DNA of 64,000 bases from Raja brachyura (Eukaryota), in NCBI GenBank assembly GCA_963514005.1, contig OY740804.1, forward strand, positions 5,580,001 through 5,644,000, read 5' to 3'. How positions within the stretch are numbered: the first letter of the stretch is position 1; every line of letters begins with the position of its first letter. This document shows positions 1 through 11,869 of the stretch, in pieces. A model generated the notes under the pieces. It worked only from the letters and a program-made list of their open reading frames with translations, had not been told where the DNA came from and did not search any database. Position numbers and translations under genes: made by a program.

Positions 1-158
1 TGGGTGAGAGCAACATGAGTGGGGTTTCCCGACCCCCGCCCGCTCCCCGCAGGTATCTGCACTTATGCGGAGATATCGGTGCTGCCCTGACCCTTCCCGG
101 AGAAAACATGGATCAGGCATTTCAGCGGAGACGTGAAGTCAATCACTGCGAAACGTAC

Positions 159-473
159 CGTAAGCTACTTGGAGATGTACGGAAAATATTGGATTGGTGG
201 CAGATGTTGTAATTCCACAGCTGTACCATCCTGTATCTCTGGAGTGAAGATCCTCCACACTCACAGTAAATATTCCTCGTGCCGTGTTGTCTGTGATTGA
301 CACTCTTCTTCTCCGTCCGTATTGCCCATTTGTTTCCACCATATCTGTACATTGGCGAGTCCGCACACGGCACCAGTATTTTGTGTATGAGTGGTACTCT
401 GCTGCATAGTGACAATCGATTGTGATCGCTCTTCCCACAACTCCTCTTACATACGTCTCTCCCCACACTGTAT
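159..473 (-). CDS. Gene 1 V-type Ig exon (CD300/pIgR/MDIR-like); gene continues beyond the left edge of the window
   Basis: TTTCAG acceptor and GTACGT donor, phase 1/1, 315 nt open. Encodes TVWGETYVRGVVGRAITIDCHY...KYWCRVRTRQC...DTGWYSCGI with the extra C-C' cysteine pair typical of CD300/pIgR/TREM V domains. Confidence 0.9.
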
Positions 474-869
474 CTGAAATGGAGGGGAGAAACTTTCAGA
501 TGGAGAGCAAATAAACTGTTTAATGGAAATAGATACATTTTAAAGATTACATGAAAGAAAACTTAAATCGTTCCATGATGTGTCATATTGCTTCACGGCC
601 AACGTCTCCGGTCTGAGTGCAGGCAGTGCTGTTGTTGTACCAGTTGTGTCAGTGTTCTGTCCCCGGGTCAGTACAACTTGGGTTCACTTCCCACTCCAGA
701 TTCCTGAGCAGAAACTGGGCTGGGATCGCAGTGCGGTACTGAGGGAGCGCGGCTGTGTTGCAGGAGCTGCCTTTCAGCAATCCCAGGCGGTGCCCGGCCT
801 CACACAAATACCTCACTTTGCTATTTCATACATTGATCATTGGAATATCTAGATCTGGCTTTCACTCAC

Positions 870-906
870 CGGGGAGCAAGGAGATTAAAAGAATGGGAAT
901 CCACAT
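870..906 (-). CDS. Gene 1 leader (signal peptide) exon MWIPILLISLLP
   Basis: ATG + 37 nt hydrophobic coding, G|GTGAGT donor in phase 1; repeated upstream of each first V exon in the window. Confidence 0.85.
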
Positions 907-2614
907 TGTTTTATCCATAGTGACAAGGCCAGCACTTGTCTGCCTGTCGCTCGGGTTTGAGCTGTCAGATTAAACCGTATCTCTCAATTAGCAATGAGGA
1001 GGAAGGGAACTGGACGTCAGATCCTGAACCACAGCGAGCCAGCAGCAGCTCGACACGTTACAGTGTGAAAGGCTCATGGTTATATTTCGCAAATGTTTGG
1101 GTCAGATAATCACAGTCATACAACAAGGAAACAGGCCCTTGTCCCAAACTCGTTAGACCAATATGCTCATCTAAGTTTTTCAAAATTGCCCCCGTTCGAC
1201 CCATATCTCCCCAAACCTTCCCCATCCATGGGCCTGTCCAAGTGTCCGTTACATGTCGTTATTGCAGGTGCTTCAACCACTTCGTCAAGTGTGATGTATT
1301 CGTAAAGATGGAGCGGCGGTTATCTCTGTACTGAGAGTCTGTTAACAGTGGGAGACTAAAAAATGCAGGAGCAACTCAGCGGGCCAGTCAGCACCTCTGG
1401 AGAAAGTGGATTGGTGACGTTTCGGGTCGGGACCCCTCATGTGAACTATAATAGTTTGGATCAATTATGATACTTAGAAGAGTAGAAACGCATAAGATGT
1501 GTACACCCCCGGATCATTCCCGCTTGATGATTTTGTAAATGGACTGGCAGATCAAAAATATAATCATTGGAACTTTTGTTTTGGCATATTACTGTTGACA
1601 AGGAGCAAAACAGGAAGCTGGCGTTAGAAAGTAGGGGCTTTTCACCTGAAATCAGCTGAGGTTAATTGGAGTTTGACCCTCTCCTCTCTGCTTCAACTCT
1701 TCAATTCAAACTTTGAAACACTATTGTCATGATATTCACATATTGAAAATGACAATTAATGGTGTAGTGGACTGTGAAGGACTTTGTCTAAAATTACCAC
1801 AGGATGGAGATGAGCTGGGAAAGCGGGATGTGGAATGTGACTGACACGTGTAATGTAACTTAAACAAGCGCGAAGTGATACACTCAGTGAAATTAAAGCA
1901 AGGAAGAATATGTATGGTGAATTGAATTTTTAACCTGTCTTCTTTGCCATTCAGAGCTAATAAATTAGCAAAGTTGTGTTCATGTACATTCTATTGGATG
2001 TTTTTTGTACATCTGCTTGCAAAGATTTAATTCTGTAGGCAACTAGTTGCATTATAATATAACCTAATATCTGGTGCTGGCTATCGTTCTGGATATGTTA
2101 CTTACAGGGGAACAGTGCAGTTTATTCGGGTTGTGTACATCTGTGGCAATATCGTTGGTAACAATGTTGTGCATCACGTGGAATCGGTGCAACACACTGA
2201 TGTGTCCGCCACTGATGTTAGCTGAGCGTTGACGACCCTCAGTAATGGATCTTTTGCCGGGAGCTATTTCCTGTTTACTTGGCCAACTAAAAACACTGCA
2301 GAGAGGCACCGACGATGCAGCAAAACAATTACATGATGTCTTCATTCGCCTTGGACCCATGACTTCTGCAAGCACCGCTCAGCTAATGGTGTTACAACGA
2401 GCTGCTCGCAAGATCCGGTTCAGAGATATGAATCTACACACCCAAGTGTCAGCACTGTAGACCAATTCAGTGTAAAGGAAGAAATGACTGTTTGAACATA
2501 TTAGATTAAAGTTCATTGCAAGCCAGCAACCACCACTAAAAACAACAGTGGCATCGAACCGATTTGTCACGAATTCTTTCACTCCAGTGATGCTGCCCGT
2601 CCGGCTGAGTTGCA

Positions 2615-2868
2615 TTCAGTAGATTTTGATCCACGTCTATTTGAAGTTGTGCAATAATATTGATGGTGCTGGTGTTTGAAGGAATGACAATGTAGATCCA
2701 GGGCGTTGTTGTCTAAGATCTTTGTGTCCACAGATGGGTTATTTTCATACCAGGTGTGGTTAATGGGAAGGGATCCCTGGGCAGACTCACAGGACACTGT
2801 CAGTGAGCCCCCGAGACAGGAGAGATTGGCTGGTCACAGAAATCCAAGCACAGGAACGGACAGGGGTT
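2615..2868 (-). pseudogene. Gene 2 second C2 Ig exon, inactivated (TGA at 2834-2836; 3' end deleted)
   Basis: Homologous to the exon at 15725-16045. In-frame TGA at codon 12; homology breaks after GSKSTE and joins sequence equivalent to ~11270 of the neighbouring unit. Confidence 0.85.
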
Positions 2869-2999
2869 CTACGGGAAAGGAGCAGATAGTCAGACACTGA
2901 GTGAACGTCTGAAAAAGGGACACTTCAACTTCCGTCTCATCTGTATCTCAGCCAGAGCCACCAGGTTGGAATCTTTCATATGGTCACAGAGCCATGCAG

Positions 3000-3490
3000 C
3001 GTAGAAACTGGCCGTTCCGCCCAAATTATCCGCGCTGACCAACACCTGTGTTACCAGCCCGTGCTTGGCTGATAACCGTCTAAACCTATCCTATTCATAT
3101 ACTTGTCAAAATGATTCATAAACGTTGCGATTGTACCTGGCTCAACTACCTCCGTCAGTAGCTCATTTCATATACCAAACAACTAGAAAAATTACTCCCC
3201 AGGTTCTTGTTATGGCATTACCCCTCAACTTAAGACAATGTCCTCTAGTTCTCGATTCACCTACTCCGGGCAAAAGGCTCTGTGTATTTACTTAGTTGAT
3301 TCCTCGTATGATTGTGTACACTCCTATAAGATCACTCCTCGTCCTTCTGCGCTGCAAGGAATAAAGTCCTAGCCGTCTCAACCTTTCCCTGTGGGTCAGG
3401 CCCTCAAGTCTTGGCAACATTCCTGTAAATATTCTCTGCACCCTTTTCAACTTGACATCTTCCCTACAACATGTTGCTTAAAACTGATCA
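3000..3490 (-). mobile_element. Degenerate CR1-type LINE 3' fragment (paralog at 16150-16680)
   Basis: Antisense similarity to the CR1 ORF2 C-terminus seen at 39083-39817. Confidence 0.6.
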
Positions 3491-4910
3491 CAAATCAGAC
3501 AAATAATCAGATAAAGCTCGATATCACTTTTACATTTCAGGAATTGCCAGCAGGAAAAGGGAGCATTTGTTATGCAACACTGTCGGATATTCAAAGCAAC
3601 AAGGAAGCTGTCCATTTGTCTAATTAAAATCAAACTGTGTATGCAGCAGTGCAATTATGAAGGAAATCAACAGTGACACTCCGGTAGAGATGAGGACAAT
3701 GTCAGCTACTCAGAGGTTACATTTCAAAGTAACAGCCAAATTGCCGTCAGAAAGCTCCTCCTCATCACAATCCATTTACCAGATTTATACATCTCTGTGT
3801 CTCTCCATCCTCCCAGCTGCCAGAACTACAATGTCTGCGGCTGTACCGGTACACAGCAGCACCACCTCTCTTTGTCTTACAACTCCAGCATCTGCAGTTA
3901 GTCTTCTTTTAATCTGAAACTCTGCCACAATTCTACAATACCAACATTCACACACTCCATTAGTGCAACAGTATCACGATCGACAACTTTTTAAATGTCC
4001 TTGTATATGTCCTAAATGTCCTTAAAATTGTTGATAGTGACTCTGTTGTATTCCACCTAGATTGCGATGAGAGACAGATACTGCACACCGTCCCTCACCA
4101 TCTGCACAGGTCATTTCCAGCCAATGTGGGTGTGAATGGTGAAGAATGATGCATTGAACACGGAGCCTGTTGCAATTGGAAGGCGCTGTCTTGGGAGTTT
4201 TAGTGAGTTGCTGCAGTGCATCGTGCAGATGGTGCAGACTGCACCTGCTCTGCATCAGCGGGGGAGGTTGTGGATGATGTGTCTATCAAGAGCGATTGTC
4301 GGTCATGACAGACCAAGCACAAGTGTTCAGCGAAATTGTGGCCTATGATTTGCTTGGCCTCGCTGATGTAAACCATTCACACTCTCTTCTGGACTTCCCC
4401 TCTGAGTGTCTCCTCACCTACTGGGAGCTACATTTCAAAACTCACTTTGACAAAAGTAAGGGTTATAATTTATGTAGTGACGGCCCAGTACATTCACTTT
4501 AATTTTGTGAGATTACTGGAGTTCATCATGAACATGATCATGAAATTGTACACCCTTGGTTATAAATGATTGGTCCAAATATAATGCATTTGGTTCCTTT
4601 CTCTGTCTCAAATTGACTGTGAGATCTTAAACGACAACCAGAAATTCATTTTTAAGGCAGAAGGCAGACATTTTATGAAATGCACTCAACCCATTGTGAT
4701 AAGTGCAGGTCTTTCTCTCCTTTCGAAGCTCAACACCTCCCAGGTGAAAGCAACAGGGAATTATTTGCCAGTCCCCCAAACAAACGCACGCATTTTACAC
4801 TATGAACTCACGGTGCTCACCCACGAACATAACTACAAGGTGAAAAGCAACAGCTAGAAGGACTCGAGAGGAATTGTGAAACAGTATTCCCACGGGAAAA
4901 TAACACTCAC

Positions 4911-5231
4911 CCGCATTGTCCATTTCTGTCACATAACTGCACGTTCCTGCTCCTTTGACGACTTTCACGTTGAGACTTTCACTGGATTTTGTCCCACCAT
5001 TATTTGAGGCTGTGCAGCAATATTGACGGTGTTGACCGCCGAGGATTTCACAACTCAGATCCAGTTGATTGCCAGACAAGATCGTTGACCACCCATTATC
5101 GTTCTTCTCACACCATGTGTAATGGATGGGTAAAGATCCACGGACAGACTCACACGAAACAGACACTGAGCCTCCCAGATGCGAGGCAATTGCTGGTGAC
5201 AGATATCTGAGCACAGGGGCAGACACGGGTT
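4911..5231 (-). CDS. Gene 2 C2-type Ig exon (FCRL/allergin-1-like)
   Basis: CCACAG acceptor, G|GTGAGT donor, 321 nt open, phase 1/1; EPVSAPVL...VSCESVRGSLPIHYTW...YCCTASN. Confidence 0.88.
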
Positions 5232-6139
5232 CTGTGGGAGTGGAGCAAACATTCAGTCACCTGTATGAACAGTTCAAAACCAAACACATGCTAAATCACA
5301 TAAGCAGCCCTTTATGTCAGCCCGAACCGTCCGGTCGATATCTTACCGGCTCATCTACATCTCTGTGAGTGTGCGAAGCCCAGACACCGAAGAAGGTTAC
5401 AGTTATAGAGAACCGAAAGAGGCCCATCACAACAGCTCATTCATGCCAACCAACATGTCTTTCTAGACTATTTTCATATGTCGACGCTTCTCCCTTGACG
5501 CTCGCAATCATCCCAATCTACGCGACTGTCCAAAATGTATTTTTAATGCTGTTATTCTAACTGCCTCAACAACTTCCTCTGGCAGTAGGTTCCAGACACA
5601 TATCACCCAATGTGTGGAAAATGTTGTCCCTCAGAACAGAAGTTGGTCAACTTGGGCGAATTGTGTTTAGCTTCAGCCACTCACCTGTACCAAACATGCC
5701 ACTACGGTCAATGACACCTTACTATTTCCCCCTCTTTAAATAGTCCCATTACCTCTGTCCCCCACTTTCTCATTCCACACATCGTGGAAAATGAACATGC
5801 TTCGCGTGATTGATACATTTCTATAAGTTCCTCGCTCAATCTTTTCCACACCAAGGAATGAATTCTGAGTGTACAATCGCTCCCTGCGTTAATCAAATCC
5901 TGTCTAGGCAGCGTCGTCCTAAAACCTTTCTACACGCTGTCCACTTCAAAGGCACTTTCTTTGTAGCTGAGGGACTAAAGCTGAACACAACCCCCAGAAT
6001 GTGGACTCAACATCTGCACGTCTGAAGCATATTATCTCAAATTATGTTCTGAATGTTCTCACTTATGAAGACCAGCGTTCCAAAAACCCTGTTCATTGGC
6101 TTGGAATTCAAAGGCGAAAACTAATTACGATCCCTTTAA

Positions 6140-7150
6140 GATAGACACACAATGCTGGTGTATCTCAGCGGAGCAGGTAGCATCTCTCGAGAGAAGGAAT
6201 GGATGAGGTATCGGGTCGAGACCCTTCTTCAGTCTGAGAGACATGTTCAGGGTGGCAGAAGAGAAATGTAGGGGTAAGATGTGAAAACAAGTTATCAAAG
6301 TGAGCAATGCTAAAGGAATACATAGACTGGGTCATTGTCAGATGAACGGAAGATGACAACGAGGCATACAATCAGTAAACTATAATCAAGAGGACAGTGA
6401 AACTAAATGGAGAACTAGGGCGGAATGGAGACTGACGTGAAGCAAGGGTTACTTGAAGTTTGAGAAGTAAATATATAAGCTGCTGGGTTGTAAGCTGCCC
6501 AAGCGAAATATGAGGTGCTGTTCCCCCAATTTGCGTTGGTCCTCACTTTGACAGTGGAGGAGGTCCAGGACAGAAAGGTTAGTTTGGGAATGGGAGGGGC
6601 AGTTAGTGTTTAGCAATCATTTGCATCTCATCTAACCTCATCTATTCTATCCGCTGTTCCAGGTGTGAACAAGCGGATGTAGTAGAAGGGAGACCAAGCG
6701 CAGACTCTGCGATCGTTTCGCAGAGTGAGCGGAGTTGTTCAGCGAAACGATCGCAGAGTCTGCGCTTGGTCTCCCTTCTACTACATCCGCTTGTTCACAC
6801 CTGGAACAGCGGATAGAATAGATGAGGTTAGATGAGATGCAAATGACCTCTCTGCTTTACCCGAAAAGACTGTTGGAGTCCTTGGACGGAGTGGACGGGC
6901 GAGGTTTCTGGACAGGTGTTGCATCTGCTGCAGTCGTAGAGGAAGGTACCTGGGGACGGGATGGTTTGGGTGGGAAAGGACGAGTGGCCCAGGGAGCTGC
7001 GTTGGGAACGGTCTCTTCGGAAAGCAGAAAGCGGTGGAGATGGAAATATGTGGCTAGTTGTGGGATCCCGGTGGAGCTGGCGAAATTGTCGGAGGATTAT
7101 ATGCTGTGTGCGACGGTTGATGGGGCGAAAGATTCGTTTATTCTGCTCAC
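6140..7150 (-). mobile_element. Penelope-like retroelement fragment (GIY-YIG region) containing an internal fold-back
   Basis: ORF 6828-7217 (HIILRQFRQLHRDPTTSHIFPSPPLSAFRRDRS) and similarity to the GIY-YIG copy at 41702-42075. Confidence 0.75.
6617..6846. repeat. 105-bp inverted repeat with 20-nt spacer
   Basis: 6617-6721 is the reverse complement of 6742-6846. Confidence 0.92.
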
Positions 7151-7581
7151 CACCAGGGTAATGTCGGGCTGGCTGCTGGGAGGTGGGTGGACAGTGGCTG
7201 CTGGGGCTGGGGCGCATTAACGGGGCAGAGGGTGAGGTAGAGAGAGAGAGAGTGCGCAGGGTGGGGAGGAAGTGACTGATCCCCGAAATGGGGACGGGGA
7301 GGGGGCTGCCCTGCCCCGGGAGGACTCAACGCAGTCGGTTGACCTCCGGGGGCTCATTCCCTTGTTTAATATTCTCCGGGTATTCAGACCGCCAGCAACA
7401 CTTGTTTCTCCTGTTGGTTTATTAGTTTGAGTGGGAATGCAAACCTCTCACAGGGTGACATTTTTTACAGTTCAGAGGCAGGGAAATGTGCTGAGCATCC
7501 CATCTTGAAGTGACACTTCGCGGAGAAAACATGGAACAGGCATTTCAGTGGAGACATCAAGTCAATCGCTGCGAAACGTAC

Positions 7582-7896
7582 CGTCAGATACTTGGAGATG
7601 AACGTTCGTCAATGCATCCCAGAAATACCAATCAATTCCACACCTGTACCATCCTGTATCTCCAGAGCGAAGATCCTCCATAGTCACAGTAAATATTCCT
7701 CGTGCCGGGTTATCTGTGATTGACACTCTTCCACTCCGTCCGTGTTGCCCATTTGTTTCCACTAAAACTGTACATTGGCGAGTCCGCCCACGGCACCAGT
7801 ATTTTGTGTGTGAGCGGTATCCTGCTTCATAGTGACAATCGAATGTAATCGCTCTTCCCACAACTCCTCTTACATCACTCTCTGCCCACACTGCAC
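7582..7896 (-). CDS. Gene 2 V-type Ig exon (CD300/pIgR/MDIR-like)
   Basis: 315 nt open, AG/GT flanked, phase 1/1; AVWAESDVRGVVGRAITFDCHY...YWCRGRTRQC...DTGWYRCGIDWYFWD. Confidence 0.9.
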
Positions 7897-8606
7897 CTGA
7901 AATGGAAGGGAGGAACTTTCAGATGGAGAACAAATCAACTGTTTAATTGAAATAGATACATTTTGAAGATCACATGAAAGAAAACTTAAATCGTTCCATG
8001 ATGTGTCATATTGCTTCACGGACAATGTCTCCGGTCTGAAGTGCAGACAGTGCTGTTATTGTACCAGTTGTGTCAATGTTCTGTCCCAGGGTCAGTACAA
8101 TTAAGATTCACTTCCCACTCCAGATCTCTGAGCAGAAACTGGGCTGGGATCGCAGTGCGGTACTGAAGGAGCGCGGCATTGTTGCAGGAGCTGCCTTTCA
8201 ACAATCCCAGGCGGTGCCCGGCCTCTCACCCTACAGAAATAGCCCCACTTTGCTATTTCATTGGACGTGCCGCCGGCTGCGCTGCCAACATTCATCTCTC
8301 AACCGACACTGGGCCGGACCCGTGTTTAGACATTCACCGTCTTGATAACGCCCTGACTGAGGACAGAGGACGGACGAGTTACAATAAAGCGGGTCCCTTA
8401 CTGAGACCGTTACCAGCGTGGAAACGCACACCGCCAGATTCGTGGACAGCTTCATTCCAGCTGTTATCAGGCATCTGAATCATCCTACCACAAACAGAAC
8501 TCTCATCTACCTCTCTGATAATCCTCGGACTACCCTAGATCGGACTTTGCTGACTTTACCTTACACTAAACGTTATTTCATTTTCATGTATCTCTGCAGC
8601 TGTATA

Positions 8607-9240
8607 CGAGCACGCCCCATCACCCAGATTATCACCTTCGTGAAGGCCGGAGTGCAGTTGCCAAGAACCACAGCAGCCAGGTCAGCTTTCCGTAGACCTG
8701 GTGAAACAACTGAAGTTCCCACAGCACATTGCCACGACCACCCTGAGGCCAGATATCCTCCTGGTCTCAGAGGCGACCAAAAACAACGTCTTGTTGGAAC
8801 TGACAGTCCGTGGGAAGACCGTCTGGAGGAGGCGCACGTGAGGAAGATCACCAAGTATGAAGAGCTGGACACAGACTGCCGTAAGCAGGGCTGGAAGGCA
8901 AGGTGTATGCCCATCGAGGTTGGCTGCAGAGGTTTTACAGGGCAATCGCTCTACAAAGCCTTGAGTACATTGGGCATCAACGGAGTGGTGAGGAGAAGAG
9001 CCATCAAAAACACTACCGAGGCAGCGGAGAAGGCCTCGATATGGCTCTGGATCAGGAGAGGAGGGCCATGGGGAGGAGCGAATGCCACCCGAACACAAGT
9101 CGTGGTCTGATCAACCACGGTTGGGTCTCCTGGGTGTGGGTGTCTGATGTTGAGAGACCCGAAAAACGCAAGGACCCCAGGTTACATCACTGATGATGTG
9201 TTCAGGAGCATCAATAGATGTATTTGTAACAAAATGCACT
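8607..9240 (+). mobile_element. 5'-truncated HERO/R2-like non-LTR retrotransposon (restriction-like endonuclease C-terminus + 3' UTR)
   Basis: Across a frameshift it reads LRPDILLVS...LELTVPWEDRLEEAHVRKITKY...PIEVGCRGF...AEKASIWLWIRR. Absent from the paralogous introns (~23200, ~37985). Confidence 0.75.
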
Positions 9241-9892
9241 GTAAGAGGATAGATAGCTATCATGGATTGTCTTTCTGCTGGCTGGTTAGCACGAAACAAA
9301 AATACTTTTCACTCTACCTCGGTACACGTGACAATAAACTAAATTGAATTTGGAACCCGCTGGTCATCTGTGACAGGTCCTATTCCCAATGACCCCGGCT
9401 CTCCTTGGACCTTTGAGCACGTCTGGGCCGCGGATTGACGAGAGGATGGAGAGAGAGTTGGGAGTGGGTGGATAGAACGAGGACAGTGGATCAGTCTCAG
9501 ACTCCGGGTAATTGTTGGGTTTACGACAGAGTTGAGTTGGGCAAACGCAGGGAATATTGAACTGCCACAATGTGCCCACAATCCTGACTTCCACCTCAGT
9601 TGTAAACACATTTTAAAAGTGTAGAATTAACATCCTGGTGCTGTTAGAACCCCTGTTCTTCGATCCAGATGGCTTGGAGTATCTGCTCCAAATTCATTCG
9701 CTATTTTATGCCTTTCAACTATAATCGAACAGAGTATCGATATTCAAATGTAATTTCAGATCCATCACCACAATGCACTGAGTTCCATCTCCCCCATTAC
9801 ATGTCTACACATACCGTCTCTGCTGTGGAAAGGGTGCACGGGACCCCAACTAACATTGATCATTGGAATATCAAGTTCTGGCTTTCACTTAC

Positions 9893-9929
9893 CAGGCAGC
9901 GAGGCGATGAGAAGAATGGGAATCCACAT
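9893..9929 (-). CDS. Gene 2 leader exon MWIPILLIASLP
   Basis: ATG, 37 nt, G|GTAAGT donor, phase 1. Confidence 0.85.
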
Positions 9930-10031
9930 TGTTTTATCCGCAGTGGCAAGGCCAACACTCTTCTGCCTGTCGCTCAGCTCTGAGCTCTCAGATACAACCG
10001 CATCTCTCAAATAGCAATCAGGAAGGAGGGA

Positions 10032-10056
10032 ACAGGAAATCACATCGTGAACCACA
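10032..10056. promoter_or_regulatory. Putative Ets (ACAGGAAAT) + RUNX (AACCACA) element upstream of the gene 2 leader
   Basis: About 100-130 nt upstream of the ATG. Same arrangement at 28924-28948 and ~38490-38514, and in the diverged gene 5 (~57606-57630). Confidence 0.45.
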
Positions 10057-11639
10057 GCGAGCAGTAGCAGCTCGACACGTTACAGTGTGAAAGGCTCAGG
10101 GTTATATTTAGCAAATGGTTGGGTCAGATGATCACAGAGTCATACAGCAGGAAACATGCCCTACTCCACGAGCGTTAAACCAATATGCTCATCTAAGTTA
10201 GTCAAATTTGCCCACACTTGATCCATATCTCCCCAAACCTTCCCTATCCATGGGCCTGTCCGATACATATTGGTATTGCAGCTGCTTCAGCCACTTCGTC
10301 AAGTATGATGTATCCTAAGGATGGAGCGGCGGTTACCTGTGTACTCAGAATATGTAAACACTGAACAGTGGCAGACAAAAAAAAATGCAGGAGGAACTCT
10401 GCGGGCCAGGCAGCACCTCTGGAGAAAATAGATAGGTGACGTTTCGGGACTGGACCATTCATGTAAACAATGATACGTTGGATAAAATATGACATTTAGA
10501 AGAGTCTAACATGTGTACACTTCCTGATCATCCCCTCTTTATGATTTTGTAAGTGGACCGGCATATCAAAAACATAATCACTGGACTTTTGTTGTGGCAT
10601 ATTACTGGTGACAAGGGGCAAAACAGGAATTATCAGAGTTGTATTCATGTACATTCCATGGCCTCATGTTGTACATCTGCTTGCAACGATGTCATTCTGT
10701 AGGCAACTAGTTGCATTATAATATAACCTAATATCGGCTGCGGGCTATCGTTCTGAGTGTGTTACTTTCAAGGGAACAGTGCAGTTTATTCAGGTTGTGT
10801 ACATCAGTGGCAATGTTGTGCATCACGTGGTATAGGTGTAACACACTGATGTGTCCGCCACTGATGTTAGCTGAGCGTTGGCGACCTTCAGTAAAGGATC
10901 TTTTGTCGGAAGCTATTTCCTGTTTACTTGCCCTACTAAAAACACTGCAGACAGGAACCGACGATGCAGCAAAAGAATGTAATTCTGTCCTCATTCGCCA
11001 TTGACTTCTGCAAACACTTCTCAGCAAACAGTGTGACAACGAGCTGCTCGCAAGATGCGTTTGAGATACGAATCTAGACACCCTTGTTTCAGCAGCGCGA
11101 GCAAAGTGTCAGCACTGCAGAATAACTATGTGAATAGAAATAAATGACTGTTTGAACATATTAGATTAACATACATTGCAAGCCAGCACCCACCTCTAAA
11201 AACAACAGTGGCATCGACCCGAAATGTCACCCATTATTTTCCTTCAGTGAAGCTGCCCGTCCCGCAGAGTTGCTCCAGTATTTTATGTCTATCTGTGGCA
11301 TCTCTGACCGTTTACCTCTCACTATCCGTGAGGCACTTTGGGATGTCTTGCAGTGGGGAAATTCTCCAATTCAAGATAATTCCTCATATCAGACCATGAA
11401 CAATCTCCATCTGAACTGGCCAGGCAGCATCAGTGTGACCACAGACTCTGGACAATATGTATCTTTGTCAGTGTGACATTTACCCAAAGCAATCCTTGAC
11501 TCTTTCCGAACTTTATGGTGGTTACTCCGTTTTTGCAGGTCACCATTTCTTTTTTCCAAACAACATCCTTCATAGTTCTTTCATGGACGGGGTTACAGTC
11601 ACAAGTCAGACTGAGGAAAGCAACACAATGTATTTGCAG

Positions 11640-11778
11640 GGTTACACAAAAAGCTGGAGAAACTCAGCGGGTGCAGAAGCATCTAAGGAGCACCACTCCT
11701 TAGATGCTGCTGCACCCGCTGAGTTTCTCCAGCTTTTTGTGTAACCCTCGATTCTCCAGCATCTGCAGTTCCTTCTTT
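11640..11778. mobile_element. Short Penelope-derived insertion with a ~51-bp palindrome and 18-bp target duplication
   Basis: 11640-11690 is inverted at 11696-11746; flanked by aacacaatgtatttgcag at 11622-11639 and 11779-11796; empty site at ~30985-31003. Confidence 0.75.
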
Positions 11779-11869
11779 AACACAATGTATTTGCAGTTTC
11801 ACACCCCGCGCTTTGCACGCTGCAACTCAACCATTTTGTTCTGCACAAGAATAGACTTTCCACTAGTTT

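Noticed and set aside
8418-9110. 230-aa ORF as a host gene
   Set aside because: Chance fusion of an old LINE tail and the HERO-like fragment.
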